A stretch of DNA of 64,000 bases from an uncultured virus (IMG/VR IMGVR_UViG_3300009164_000062). Lineage: Duplodnaviria > Heunggongvirae > Uroviricota > Caudoviricetes. How positions within the stretch are numbered: the stretch's first letter is position 1; every line of letters starts with the position of its first letter. The DNA lies in the IMG/VR virus record IMGVR_UViG_3300009164_000062; one strand, written 5' to 3'. Positions 1 through 9,834 of this stretch are shown piece after piece. The notes below the pieces were generated by a model that saw only the letters and a program-made list of their open reading frames with translations, did no database searches and was not told the origin of the DNA. The position numbers and the translations under genes were made by a program.

Positions 1-1139
1 GATGATGCAGTGTTTGTCAATTCGATGTAACCATAACGTGTCATGAATGATACGACTGGTTCGAATGTTGCTGGATCTAGAACAACACCAGATGACATCA
101 ATGGGATGTATGGGCAATAGAAAGCTGCCGCATCTGTTTCGCTTGAACCTTTGTAACCAACTAGAACAGCTTGGTCATCATTTGCATAGCTGTTTACGAA
201 TACACGCATAGCACCGTTCAATGTACCAACAAACTTAGTGTTTGTAGGTGCTTCGAATGTACCTTCTGTTGTACGAGCAAAAGCTGATGTTGTTGCTGAC
301 TGTAGAACTGTCAAGGCTGCTGGTGATACAACTGCCCAGTTACCTGCACCACGACGTGTGCGTTGAGCAATCTTGTTAGCAACACGATTGATAAGAACTG
401 CCAAAGCGGCGTGTTCGTCACCAACGAATGTAGCTGTACCAGAAACCGTAGCTTGGTTGTAATATTCTTCTGTAGTTGCCAATGTTGACAATGACAATAG
501 AATTTCTTGGTCAATTTCAGCAGTAATTTCTTGTGCTAAAGCTGCCATGATTTCTGCTTCTACGTCAATACCATGTTGAGACTGAGCATCTTGTGCTGCC
601 TCAAATGTCCAACGTGCTTGTAACTTACGTGACTTAGCTTCAACAGCTTGTCTTAAGATTTGTACGGAAATTTGATTACCGCCATCACCTTCTAAACGTG
701 CTGTAGCTGCACCAGTGTAAGTAGATGTTGCACCTGCACCTTTTGTAGTTGTAGAATAAGCCTGAGCAATTTTGAATGGGCTCAATGCTTCTTCACCAGC
801 TGTTACGTCTGTATTAGCACCGCTTGTGTCATTTAAAGCGTTAGCATAACGAACACGTAGAGTATGAATTTGACCAACTGGACCTGTCATTGGCTGAACA
901 CCAACCAACTCGTTAGCGATAACTGTTGGCATAACACGACGGATAACTGGTAGAATCACACGGTTTAATGTAGCGATGTTACCTGCCATTGTACCACCAG
1001 CAGATGCTGATTCTGACAATAGCGACTTGCGAGTATTTTCTAAAATAACTTGCATTGTTGAGCGGCGATTACCTTTAAGACCTTCAAGTAGGGCTTCTTT
1101 AGTCTCATCCCAACGACTTTCTAATAGAACTTGTGACAT
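1..1139 (-). CDS. gp23: Major capsid protein, T4 gp23-like (3' end runs off the window; absent from the ORF track)
   Basis: Manual translation: MSQVLLESRWDETKEALLEGL...LPVIRRVMPTVIANELVGVQPMTGPVGQIHTLR...AVEAKSRKLQARWTFEAAQD...FYCPYIPL...DPATFEPVVSFMTRYG. AGGAG RBS upstream of the ATG at 1139. Confidence 0.97.
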   Translation of the reverse strand, partial: MSQVLLESRWDETKEALLEGLKGNRRSTMQVILENTRKSLLSESASAGGTMAGNIATLNRVILPVIRRVMPTVIANELVGVQPMTGPVGQIHTLRVRYANALNDTSGANTDVTAGEEALSPFKIAQAYSTTTKGAGATSTYTGAATARLEGDGGNQISVQILRQAVEAKSRKLQARWTFEAAQDAQSQHGIDVEAEIMAALAQEITAEIDQEILLSLSTLATTEEYYNQATVSGTATFVGDEHAALAVLINRVANKIAQRTRRGAGNWAVVSPAALTVLQSATTSAFARTTEGTFEAPTNTKFVGTLNGAMRVFVNSYANDDQAVLVGYKGSSETDAAAFYCPYIPLMSSGVVLDPATFEPVVSFMTRYGYIELTNTAS

Positions 1140-1168
1140 TTTTATATTCTCCTAAATTATGTCTTTAT

Positions 1169-2269
1169 TTAAATCCCCGCCAAACGTCTTAAGTCAATCA
1201 CGTTATCACGTGGCTCAACTTCAACTTTTTGTGTGGCAGATTTATTACCAGTAACTTCTTTAACACTTTCTGAAAGCATAGGTTTTTTAGACTCTTTTCT
1301 TTCATTGATGTTATTTAATACTGCTGGTAGATACTTTTCGAATGCGGCCTGTAGACGAGGTGTCTGGACGCTCTCTAGTAAATCACGCATTATAGTTGCT
1401 TTTTCCTCATTTAGAGGTGATAGCAATTCATCCATAGTTTTTTGACGACTAGTAGATTCTTTGATAATGCGAACTTCACGTTCTTTTGACTCAATCAACT
1501 TTTTAGCGTTGGTGAGTGTTTTAATGGATTCAGCTAATTGTTCATCTTTTTGCATTAGTTGGTTGTACAACTTGCGTGTCTCAGCTTTTTCCTGTAGATA
1601 GGTTGTGCTGAATTCACTTGCGAAAGATTCAAAAATCTTACGACCAAAATCGTTTTCACGTGCGGTCTTAATATCTTCTTTCAATTGGCTCATTTCACCC
1701 TTTAGATGTTTACTTACTGATTCGTTCATTCTCTTAGCACTTTCAGTGACAAATTTCACTTTCAATGCTTCAAGTTGTTTACGACCTTCTGCAACTAACT
1801 TAACTTTTGCTTCAACTACTGCTTGTTTGTCTTGCGAGAATTCTTTAATTTCACGTGCAAGTGCATGAACAATAAATTGCTCTAGCTTTTGCTGACTTTC
1901 CATTTGTAGTTTACGTTCGTTGCGTAGTTCTTTAATTTCTTCGGATAGTTTAGTAACCATGAAATTGTTGAACTTGGCTGCATTTTCATGTAGCTTGCGT
2001 TTAGCGGCAACGCGGTCTTCGTTCATTGCTTGTCTTTCTAGTTGAAATTCGGAAATTTCTTCTGATAGACCATCAGTAACCATTTTATCTAGGGCTTCGA
2101 CCATTACGTTCTTATCGTGTTCATAACGTTGTGCAAATTCTTCTCTCAATTCTGCACGTACTTGCTCTTTGGCTTCATTCAACTTTGATTCCCATGCTTC
2201 GTTTATAGCGATGCTGGTTTCTTCGTTGATGATTCCAGATTCAAGTAATGGTTTGATAGCATCTAACAT
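1169..2269 (-). CDS. gp22: Prohead core scaffolding protein (gp22-like)
   Basis: Glu/Lys-rich coiled coil with GRKIFESFASE; lies between protease and capsid genes. Confidence 0.8.
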   Translation of the reverse strand: MLDAIKPLLESGIINEETSIAINEAWESKLNEAKEQVRAELREEFAQRYEHDKNVMVEALDKMVTDGLSEEISEFQLERQAMNEDRVAAKRKLHENAAKFNNFMVTKLSEEIKELRNERKLQMESQQKLEQFIVHALAREIKEFSQDKQAVVEAKVKLVAEGRKQLEALKVKFVTESAKRMNESVSKHLKGEMSQLKEDIKTARENDFGRKIFESFASEFSTTYLQEKAETRKLYNQLMQKDEQLAESIKTLTNAKKLIESKEREVRIIKESTSRQKTMDELLSPLNEEKATIMRDLLESVQTPRLQAAFEKYLPAVLNNINERKESKKPMLSESVKEVTGNKSATQKVEVEPRDNVIDLRRLAGI

Positions 2270-2271
2270 GC

Positions 2272-2916
2272 TTATTCCCCTTTATTGATTTTGAGATCCT
2301 TGATAAGACGAACCACTTCATCTTTCAGGTATCTCTGTACTTTTCTGTCGCTCTGGGCGTCCTGTGCTATACCTAACATTTTATGTCCATGCTTCATGTT
2401 CATCATGCCTTCATAAATTGCTTTGGGATATGCATTTGGTGCGCTTGGTTGTGCGACAATATCGACAGTGACTATTTCAAAGTCACTAACATGGCCATTA
2501 GCGTCATTAACGTTACCGCTACCTCTGCTACTTACGCCTAGTTTGACACCACTCTCCAACATAGTAGACACTAACTGTCCCATTGGAGTTGGTAGAATCT
2601 TTAATTTGCCAAATCCATTTGCACCATCCATCCACATAGAACTAATCATATGTGATACACGGTCTAAATTGATTTTCAAATCGTCTGGGTGATCTACTTC
2701 ACCTAGTACTGAATACCCTTCAGTAATTTGTTTGTTTAAAGTTTCTACAGCAGTTTCAATTTCAGAAACAGGATACACACGCTCATTGGCGTTGCGTACC
2801 CCACCCTGAATGAAGATCCCTTTCATATAAAGAGACTTCAAACTACCCTCACCAGTACTTTCTACGACCATGCTAGCACGGTCAAAAGTTAGGTGTTCTT
2901 TAAGATACAAAGCCAT
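2272..2916 (-). CDS. gp21: Prohead core protease (gp21-like)
   Basis: GIFIQGGVRNANERVYP, GEVDHP, LDRVSH, GVSSRGSG, DIVAQPSAPNAY motifs. Confidence 0.95.
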   Translation of the reverse strand: MALYLKEHLTFDRASMVVESTGEGSLKSLYMKGIFIQGGVRNANERVYPVSEIETAVETLNKQITEGYSVLGEVDHPDDLKINLDRVSHMISSMWMDGANGFGKLKILPTPMGQLVSTMLESGVKLGVSSRGSGNVNDANGHVSDFEIVTVDIVAQPSAPNAYPKAIYEGMMNMKHGHKMLGIAQDAQSDRKVQRYLKDEVVRLIKDLKINKGE

Positions 2917-2930
2917 TATCTTAGGTATTC

Positions 2931-3755
2931 TTACTTAAATTTCTTAACAGTCTTTTTAGACTCACCAACGATAGACTTAGTGTTTACACCGTCATCACCG
3001 TGTTTTGGTTTAGCAACTGACTCGCCCTTTTCATTAGGACCTTTGCTTTGACCTGGAGCATTTTTATATGTTCCTGTGATATCTTTTGGTGTTGGGTTCA
3101 ATAATCCACCTTGTGTTCCGCCCTTAGTGCTTTCACCTGATGTGAAATTAACTGCTTTTGCACCGTTACCTGGAACTTTTGGTCCACCACTTACTGGACT
3201 TTTTGTATTAGTACCATTGTCACCGTGAACTGGGTTCTTAACAGCAACTAAATTTGTAGCTTCCATCATTGGTTCTTCTTCTTCTGAACCTTCGTCATCT
3301 CCACCGAATGGATTACCTTCTTCAGAGCCTTCTTCGTCTCCACCAAACTCATGACCTTCACCTTCTTCGTCAGCCATTAGTTCTTCAAACTCGGCCATTA
3401 GTTCGTCTAGTTTATCTTCTAGTTCAACTACGCGGTCTTCTAAATCACCCTCTGGAGCTTCGCCATCGTCTTCTGCGTCAACATCGATATCAGCAAATTC
3501 ATCATCTTCTTCAGTCATGCCTTGTTCTTCCATGTTGATTTCGTCTAGCATTCCACCGACTTCATCATGGCCAAAACCTTCTTCAACTGGCTCTTTATCT
3601 TCGTCTTCTTTGGCTTCTTCCAATTCTTCATCCATCATTGATTCATAGATTTCGCGGCTTTTTTCAACTACGATATCGTGAAACAATGCTTTAGCTTGTT
3701 CTTCATTTTCATTGATAATCAAATCAATAAGTTGTTCAAATTTTCTATTATCCAT
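2931..3755 (-). CDS. Highly acidic prohead core/internal protein
   Basis: Asp/Glu-rich N half, Gly/Lys/Pro-rich C half; position in head operon; AGGAG RBS. Confidence 0.6.
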   Translation of the reverse strand: MDNRKFEQLIDLIINENEEQAKALFHDIVVEKSREIYESMMDEELEEAKEDEDKEPVEEGFGHDEVGGMLDEINMEEQGMTEEDDEFADIDVDAEDDGEAPEGDLEDRVVELEDKLDELMAEFEELMADEEGEGHEFGGDEEGSEEGNPFGGDDEGSEEEEPMMEATNLVAVKNPVHGDNGTNTKSPVSGGPKVPGNGAKAVNFTSGESTKGGTQGGLLNPTPKDITGTYKNAPGQSKGPNEKGESVAKPKHGDDGVNTKSIVGESKKTVKKFK

Positions 3756-3787
3756 TGTTAGTCTCCTATAGATTAATGGCTTGTTAT

Positions 3788-3795
3788 ATACTTAG
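3788..3795 (-). promoter_or_regulatory. Putative late promoter variant (GCTAAGTA)
   Basis: Variant of the recurring NATAAATA box, upstream of the core-protease-scaffold-capsid genes. Confidence 0.4.
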
Positions 3796-3805
3796 CAAGT
3801 ATCAT

Positions 3806-3835
3806 AAAAAATAGCACAATAAAGTGCTATTTTTT
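3806..3835. terminator. Intrinsic terminator-like hairpin
   Basis: Perfect inverted repeat AAAAAATAGCAC-aataaa-GTGCTATTTTTT downstream of the 3865..4092 gene. Confidence 0.65.
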
Positions 3836-3864
3836 GCGTTTTTCTTTATTTTATGACAATGTTG

Positions 3865-4092
3865 TTACATTGCTGGTGCGCCTTCTGCTGGCGCTGGCTG
3901 ATATTGTTTACGAATTTTCTTTAAATTTTGACTTTGTTCATAGTTACGAACATCATTCATTTTACGTAATTTACGTACTTGACGTAATGTTAATTTAGTT
4001 TTACGAGTTTGTTTCCACTTAGGTCGGCTACTGTCTTTTTCAACATCCTGATACCCTTGAACGGGTGCGTCAAACATTTCCATTAGTCTCAT
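3865..4092 (-). CDS. Small basic head-associated protein (hypothetical)
   Basis: 75 aa, RKTKLTLRQVRKLRKM; between portal and core genes, with a GATAAATA box just upstream. Confidence 0.6.
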   Translation of the reverse strand: MRLMEMFDAPVQGYQDVEKDSSRPKWKQTRKTKLTLRQVRKLRKMNDVRNYEQSQNLKKIRKQYQPAPAEGAPAM

Positions 4093-4097
4093 AATAA

Positions 4098-4105
4098 TAT
4101 TTATC
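4098..4105 (-). promoter_or_regulatory. T4-type late promoter box GATAAATA
   Basis: 5 nt upstream of the ATG at 4092; resembles the T4 late TATAAATA. Confidence 0.6.
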
Positions 4106-4108
4106 TTT

Positions 4109-5869
4109 TTACATCTGAGGAGCAGGAGCTGCCATACCGGCCATTCCTGCCGGTGCTACAGGAGGTCCTCCCGCCATTGGGTCTGCTGGCATTTGTTCAG
4201 CATTTTCATCTGGAATCTCATCCATTACTTCTGCATCCGCTTCTAAATCACCGGTACTAATACCAATGCTACGTAAGTCACTACCTTTAGCATCATTATC
4301 TTCAGGTGCTTCACGTTCTTCAAACCATAGACGTTGATTTTCTTCGATTTCTTCCTCAGTCAATCCTAAGAAGCGAGTCATTGCAAAACGTTTAGCAATA
4401 TAAGGAAATGCTTCCATTGTTTGAAATACTGTAACACGTGCTGTATCTAATTCACTTTGACGATAAGCCGCAAAGTTTTGTGGAGCATTGAACTTGATGT
4501 CAAATAAACTTGAATCAATATTAAATCCTCTCCAACGCATGAATAGTTTGAATTCATCGTTGAATTTTTGGCTGATATACTTCTGTAGACGTTCACAATA
4601 TTGATTGAAGCGAAACTCTTGAATCATTGCTGTTCCAACACGACCATCACTTAATGGAGTAGGACTATCTTCAGGTCCTTGTGGTAAATATGAACTTGGA
4701 ACACGTAGACCACGTGCTAATCTATTGTTGAAATAACGTAAGTCATCAATCTGACCTAGATTATCACCACCAGGTAATGTTGTAACGTCACTACCACGAC
4801 CATCTGCTGTTACAGGAAAGAAGTAATCTTCGTTCATTGACAATGGATTGTATGTAGCATCCATTATACTTTGTCCACCATTTACACTTGGGATTCTACG
4901 TTGGTGAATTTCATTCTTAATACGGTCAACAAATGCCATAGCCATATGACTTGGCATGTTACCAACGTCAATCTTAAAGACTCTACGTTCCGGAGCACGT
5001 TGCACACGATAGATAAGAATAGCGTCTTCAAGCAATTCTTTTTGCTTGTATACTTTAAAAATGTTTTCTAAAATACTTTGTCCAAAAGGCCAATATCGGT
5101 CTAGACCTTCTGTTAAACTTAGATGAACTACATGTTTAGCGTCAATAGCCGCTTCATTCATACCCAATGTGAAACGACTTCCACTGTTGCCACCTCCACC
5201 ATTAGGTACAGTGTAATTTGAAGTACCTTGATATCCACCGGGACCTTGTGGTGTCATAAAGTCAGTTGTTGTCTTTTCAGCAATACTTAGATTCTGTAAA
5301 TTAATATTAATATCTTTGATAACGTATTGCTCCGGCGATTTACCTTCACTTTCGTTAACAATAACTTTAGTTACTTTGGTCATATCAACCCAATATAACT
5401 TGAAGTTTTCTGGATCACGTACAAAAACTTGATCCCCGTATTTGATAGTATTACGGAAGATTTTAAATGTTCTTGTATCAAACTCATTGAGTTTACACCA
5501 TTGCTGTAATTGCTTTTTAATCAATTCAACTTCATGGGGAGTTGGATCTTCTGAGAATTCTATCTCAAAAGGCGTGTTATTCTGTTCGTTTTTCTGTGTA
5601 CTGAACTCAGCAATAATGTCCAAACATGCATTAATTTCAGCATCTACATCCATCATTTCATATTGATTATATCGTTCAACACGATTTGGGTGACCAGTGT
5701 AAACTTCTGGTAAACGACTTCCGTAGTTTTTATAACCAAAGTCTGTATTATTATAACTACCTGAAGGAGCTACTTGACTATTCCAGGCGCCGCGGTTGCT
5801 ATTTGCACCTGATATTGGGCTCATTGAACCTGCATGATTTGGGGCTTGGAAACGCTTTTTATATGACAT
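4109..5869 (-). CDS. gp20: Portal vertex protein (gp20-like)
   Basis: LLEDAILIYRVQRAPERRVFKIDVGNMP, EDYFFP...GRGSDVTTLPGG, LRVPSSYL. Confidence 0.96.
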   Translation of the reverse strand: MSYKKRFQAPNHAGSMSPISGANSNRGAWNSQVAPSGSYNNTDFGYKNYGSRLPEVYTGHPNRVERYNQYEMMDVDAEINACLDIIAEFSTQKNEQNNTPFEIEFSEDPTPHEVELIKKQLQQWCKLNEFDTRTFKIFRNTIKYGDQVFVRDPENFKLYWVDMTKVTKVIVNESEGKSPEQYVIKDININLQNLSIAEKTTTDFMTPQGPGGYQGTSNYTVPNGGGGNSGSRFTLGMNEAAIDAKHVVHLSLTEGLDRYWPFGQSILENIFKVYKQKELLEDAILIYRVQRAPERRVFKIDVGNMPSHMAMAFVDRIKNEIHQRRIPSVNGGQSIMDATYNPLSMNEDYFFPVTADGRGSDVTTLPGGDNLGQIDDLRYFNNRLARGLRVPSSYLPQGPEDSPTPLSDGRVGTAMIQEFRFNQYCERLQKYISQKFNDEFKLFMRWRGFNIDSSLFDIKFNAPQNFAAYRQSELDTARVTVFQTMEAFPYIAKRFAMTRFLGLTEEEIEENQRLWFEEREAPEDNDAKGSDLRSIGISTGDLEADAEVMDEIPDENAEQMPADPMAGGPPVAPAGMAGMAAPAPQM

Positions 5870-5876
5870 AGTTATA

Positions 5877-5884
5877 TATTTATC
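5877..5884 (-). promoter_or_regulatory. T4-type late promoter box GATAAATA
   Basis: 7 nt upstream of the portal ATG. Confidence 0.6.
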
Positions 5885-5885
5885 A

Positions 5886-8669
5886 TTAAGCCCGTGTATA
5901 GGTTAATAATTCGTCTTGTATATTTCTAGATTGATTAGATATAGAAATTAACGAATCAAATTTATCTGTCAAAGTAGCTATCATATCCATCATTACTTCA
6001 TTATTATTGTTGGATAAACCGGGCAAAGTTGCTGAACTTGATTTGTCCAATCCTAAATCACGCATTAGTTCTTTTTTGTATTCTTCGATACTTGATTTCT
6101 TAACTTCAGCTAATGTTGCTCTTATTTGATCCTCACGCCAAACACTTTCTTTTGTTTGTAATAAAACCGGAAATTCTTTATTTTTAGATCCGTTAAATTT
6201 ACCACCACCATGCGCTACTTCAATATGGAAGTGACCTCCCTTAGTATTATTATCTTTATCCGTAAAATATTCATCTTTAACTAAGGTTGCACCCAATGCT
6301 TTCAATTGTTCTTTAATTTCTGCGGCTTCATATGCATCTTTAGGGGGTACAGGTGGAACGTAATCTAATGCTTTCCCTTGAGTATGCTTACTTTTTGGAT
6401 TATTTTTTTGATGATATACATCATTCATTGCTGTGAAGGTGCCACCCTTAAATTCACTATGAATTCTATCAGCTAACGCAACTAATGAACCTGATGTTTG
6501 TCCACCACCAGTTCTTTCTGATTTAGATCCGCCAAAATTTAACTTGTTAAGTATTTCGTTAACTTTTTGTTTATTTGAATTTAAACTTTCACCTAATTGT
6601 CCTATAGCAACTTGAGACTGCTTTCGTTGTTCTCTTACATTTTCAGATACCTGCTCACCACTTGCATTCTTATCCCAAGTTTCTCCAACATTTTTTTGCA
6701 ATGCTTTTGATCTATCTACTTGTTGTCCTTTAGTATCCGGACCTGTAGCATTTAATTCTTTTTGAAGTTGTTGTAACTCTAAATCTTTTTTAGCAATTTT
6801 TTCATTAATGACATTGATTTCAGCATTCTTTAAAGCATTTACTTGTTCTTGTGTTACAACTTTTTTACCATTCAGAATTAGTTTTCTTTCTTCATCTAGG
6901 TTAAGAGTACTTTGTTCTAAGTTCTTTACTTCGTTATCTAGTGAAGCTATTTTAGCCTCAGCAATCTTTTTTTCTTCAGGATTCATCGCGGCACTAATTT
7001 GTTTAGATGCAAATATTTCTCGTTGAAGTTCTCTTGACTTATCTGCTAAGTCTTGCTGTCTTTGATTTATTTGTGCTTCTTTTAATTTCAATGCATCTTG
7101 TTTAGCATCACCTGTTTGAATTCCTTGTATTGAATTTTTTTGTGCTAATAGTGCATCTCTTTCTTGTGTAGCTTTAGCTAAATCTGCTTTGAAATCATCT
7201 TTATCTTTGAAACCCTCAGCTAAATTAGTTTTTTGTCCAAATATATGAGGAGCTCTAGCAGTTAACCAATCAATAGCTTTAGCTATTGATTTTAATAATT
7301 TAAGCGTGATATCTTGAAGTTTAGAAAACATTTCAATGACCGAGTTACCCACAGCCTCAAGAGTTTTATCTTTGAGAATATTGGCTGCTCTATTCTTTTG
7401 CTCAATTCCAACTAGATATGCCATTTTTTGGTCATATGTCATTGTAGCCATAAGAACTTTTTGCTCATGTGCTGATTTTTTTCTTGACTCTTGTTCTAAA
7501 ACTTTCAATCTAAACTGTTCATCACCTACAATAGAATCCATCATTGATCCAGCAACATCAACAGAATGTTTATGTACCTCAAGATTTTTCTTAGCACCTT
7601 CTTGTAAGTAATCTCCTAACTCACCTATGTTTTTAAAAGCCCCAGACATATATTTTTGATATGCAGATTGCAATCTATTATTAAAGGCCTGATTTGTTTG
7701 GCTGCTTTGTTCCCCAACTACTCTTCCACCATTAACAATAAACTCAGATGCACCTTGAAATGCTTGCTGACCATATTGCTGAATGACTGACATAAACTCC
7801 ATAGATTTTTCAGCATCTTTACCTGCTTTATTAATAAAGTTTGCCCAACGATAGTTGCTTAACTGTTCATCGATTTTCTTTTTAGCTTCGTCCCTACTCA
7901 TCCCAGTGTATTCTTGTAACTCTCTAAGAGTTGTCAAGTATTTCATCGAACCTTTTTCAATGTCTTCCTGAGTTAATTTTTGTCCGTTGCCCAATCTAGT
8001 TTGAATCTGTAAATATCCAGCAACACCTAGTCGTAATCCTTGTAAGTCATACCCAAGTTTTGCGGCTTGCAATTCGTATGGTTTTCCAGCACGAATCATT
8101 GACTCAACTGTTTTTACATATTTTTGTAATCCAGTACTAACACCGTTACCAAATGTTGCTAATGTAGGAGATACTTCAGATAAAACTTTACTAAATTTTT
8201 CATATTGATCAGTAGCTAATCCAACTCTGTGTAAGTTATTAACTACCTCACCCAATGTAGGGCCTAGTGCTCCGGCATCAGCAAATTCTCTGTATGCCTT
8301 CATCATGTTGTCAGCTTGTTTTAAACTTGCGGCTGCAACTTCTCCAAATATTTTTATTAATCCGCCGGCAATTACACCAAGAGCGCCAAAGTTTTTACCA
8401 AGTTCCCATGCGGCGCTACCTGCCCCTTGAGCCGCTTGAGCATACTTTCCTACCCCTTCTTGACTATCAAACAGTGCTTTAGTGTATGAAATGGCAGCAC
8501 CCCTAATTTGGGCTGAAGCATTATTGAATGCTGTTTGTATTTCATTTGCGGCTTGACGCTGGGCATCAGCGTAATCACCTACCCCACGCTGTCCATTTTG
8601 AAAAGCGTTGGACAGTTGTGCAAATGACTGCATTAACTGTTGAACTTCTTGTTGATTTAAATCTGCCAT
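5886..8669 (-). CDS. Tape-measure-like virion protein with C-terminal M15/LAS-type Zn-peptidase-like domain
   Basis: Long helical Ala/Gly/Gln-rich body and coiled coil; C-terminal SKHTQGKALD...HFHIE (H-x6-D...HxH); divergent from a gp26-like gene. Confidence 0.6.
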   Translation of the reverse strand: MADLNQQEVQQLMQSFAQLSNAFQNGQRGVGDYADAQRQAANEIQTAFNNASAQIRGAAISYTKALFDSQEGVGKYAQAAQGAGSAAWELGKNFGALGVIAGGLIKIFGEVAAASLKQADNMMKAYREFADAGALGPTLGEVVNNLHRVGLATDQYEKFSKVLSEVSPTLATFGNGVSTGLQKYVKTVESMIRAGKPYELQAAKLGYDLQGLRLGVAGYLQIQTRLGNGQKLTQEDIEKGSMKYLTTLRELQEYTGMSRDEAKKKIDEQLSNYRWANFINKAGKDAEKSMEFMSVIQQYGQQAFQGASEFIVNGGRVVGEQSSQTNQAFNNRLQSAYQKYMSGAFKNIGELGDYLQEGAKKNLEVHKHSVDVAGSMMDSIVGDEQFRLKVLEQESRKKSAHEQKVLMATMTYDQKMAYLVGIEQKNRAANILKDKTLEAVGNSVIEMFSKLQDITLKLLKSIAKAIDWLTARAPHIFGQKTNLAEGFKDKDDFKADLAKATQERDALLAQKNSIQGIQTGDAKQDALKLKEAQINQRQQDLADKSRELQREIFASKQISAAMNPEEKKIAEAKIASLDNEVKNLEQSTLNLDEERKLILNGKKVVTQEQVNALKNAEINVINEKIAKKDLELQQLQKELNATGPDTKGQQVDRSKALQKNVGETWDKNASGEQVSENVREQRKQSQVAIGQLGESLNSNKQKVNEILNKLNFGGSKSERTGGGQTSGSLVALADRIHSEFKGGTFTAMNDVYHQKNNPKSKHTQGKALDYVPPVPPKDAYEAAEIKEQLKALGATLVKDEYFTDKDNNTKGGHFHIEVAHGGGKFNGSKNKEFPVLLQTKESVWREDQIRATLAEVKKSSIEEYKKELMRDLGLDKSSSATLPGLSNNNNEVMMDMIATLTDKFDSLISISNQSRNIQDELLTYTRA

Positions 8670-8680
8670 ATTTTTTGAGT

Positions 8681-8711
8681 TATAAATACTTTCGGTACTA
8701 ATTGTATTTAG
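8681..8711. promoter_or_regulatory. Face-to-face late promoter boxes for the divergent gp26-like and tape-measure-like genes
   Basis: TATAAATA on + at 8681-8688; CTAAATA on - at 8705-8711. Confidence 0.5.
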
Positions 8712-8744
8712 TATTGAAAATTTACCACTTATTTAGGAATCCAA

Positions 8745-9572
8745 ATGAAGTCAGATAATCCATTAAAACAGTTTTTTCGCCGCCCTGCTTTATACTTAAA
8801 GCTACCTAGCGGGGGAAGAGGATATAGTGAGGGAGACATTGATTTCCCTGACAACGGAGAATTGCCAATTTATCCAATGACAGCAATTGATGAGATAACT
8901 AGCAAAACCCCGGATGCATTGTACAACGGTGTAGCCGTAGTTGAGATTATTAAAAGTTGCGTACCAAGTATTAAAAATCCATGGAAAATATTAAATATTG
9001 ACTTAGATCCTATACTAGTAGCAATTCGTATTGCAACTAACGGTCAGGCAATGGAAATAGATTCACCTTGCCCAGCATGTACTGAAACAAGTAAATTTGA
9101 TATTAACTTAACAGCGTTACTGTCTAAATTTACTGCAGGTGATTATGATACCCCTATAATGTTGAATGAACTAAGCATCAAGTTTAGACCATTGATTTAC
9201 CAAGAAGTTAATAAAGTTGGTGAAAGTCAATTTGAAGTACAAAAGCAATTTTCACAAATTGAATTGATAGAAGATATAGTTGAACGTAACAGAAGAACCA
9301 ATGAAATTGTTCAATTATTGAATAAATTAACGCTAGATGTACTAGTGGATGCTGTTGAATATATCAAAACACCTGAGTCTACAGTTTTTGATAAAGAATT
9401 TATAAGTGAGTTCCTACATAACTGTGATAGAAATACTTATAATATCATAAAAGAGAAAAACGTTGAATTACGAAAAGGTAATGAGATCAAACCACTTGAC
9501 GTAAAGTGCCTACACTGCGGTCACGAACATCAACAACCATTTAATCTGAACATTACTGATTTTTTCGAATGA
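8745..9572 (+). CDS. gp26: Baseplate hub subunit / assembly protein (gp26-like)
   Basis: LKLPSGG, PMTAIDE, DLDPILVAIRIAT, two CxxC (CPAC, CLHC), C-terminal ITDFF. Confidence 0.8.
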   Translation: MKSDNPLKQFFRRPALYLKLPSGGRGYSEGDIDFPDNGELPIYPMTAIDEITSKTPDALYNGVAVVEIIKSCVPSIKNPWKILNIDLDPILVAIRIATNGQAMEIDSPCPACTETSKFDINLTALLSKFTAGDYDTPIMLNELSIKFRPLIYQEVNKVGESQFEVQKQFSQIELIEDIVERNRRTNEIVQLLNKLTLDVLVDAVEYIKTPESTVFDKEFISEFLHNCDRNTYNIIKEKNVELRKGNEIKPLDVKCLHCGHEHQQPFNLNITDFFE

Positions 9573-9796
9573 GGCTTCTTCGCCTTGGTTCCGAGGAGAT
9601 TAAGCGTATGATAAATGATATGGAACGACAATGCCAAGATATTAAGAAGGCAGCACTAAGAATGTCCTGGTATATGAGAGGCGGTGCCACATATGAGGAT
9701 ATACTTAATATGAGTGAATCTGAGAGAGATGCCCTATCCAGTATAATTGAAAGCAACTTAGAAACTACAAAGACTAGTAGATTGCCATTCTTTTAA
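9569..9796 (+). CDS. Small baseplate hub assembly protein (gp51-like position)
   Basis: ATGA overlap with the gp26-like gene; WYMRGGATYEDILNMSESER. Confidence 0.6.
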   Translation: MRLLRLGSEEIKRMINDMERQCQDIKKAALRMSWYMRGGATYEDILNMSESERDALSSIIESNLETTKTSRLPFF

Positions 9797-9834
9797 ACGG
9801 AACTATTCATTTATCAAGTTGTTTTTCTTTGGAG

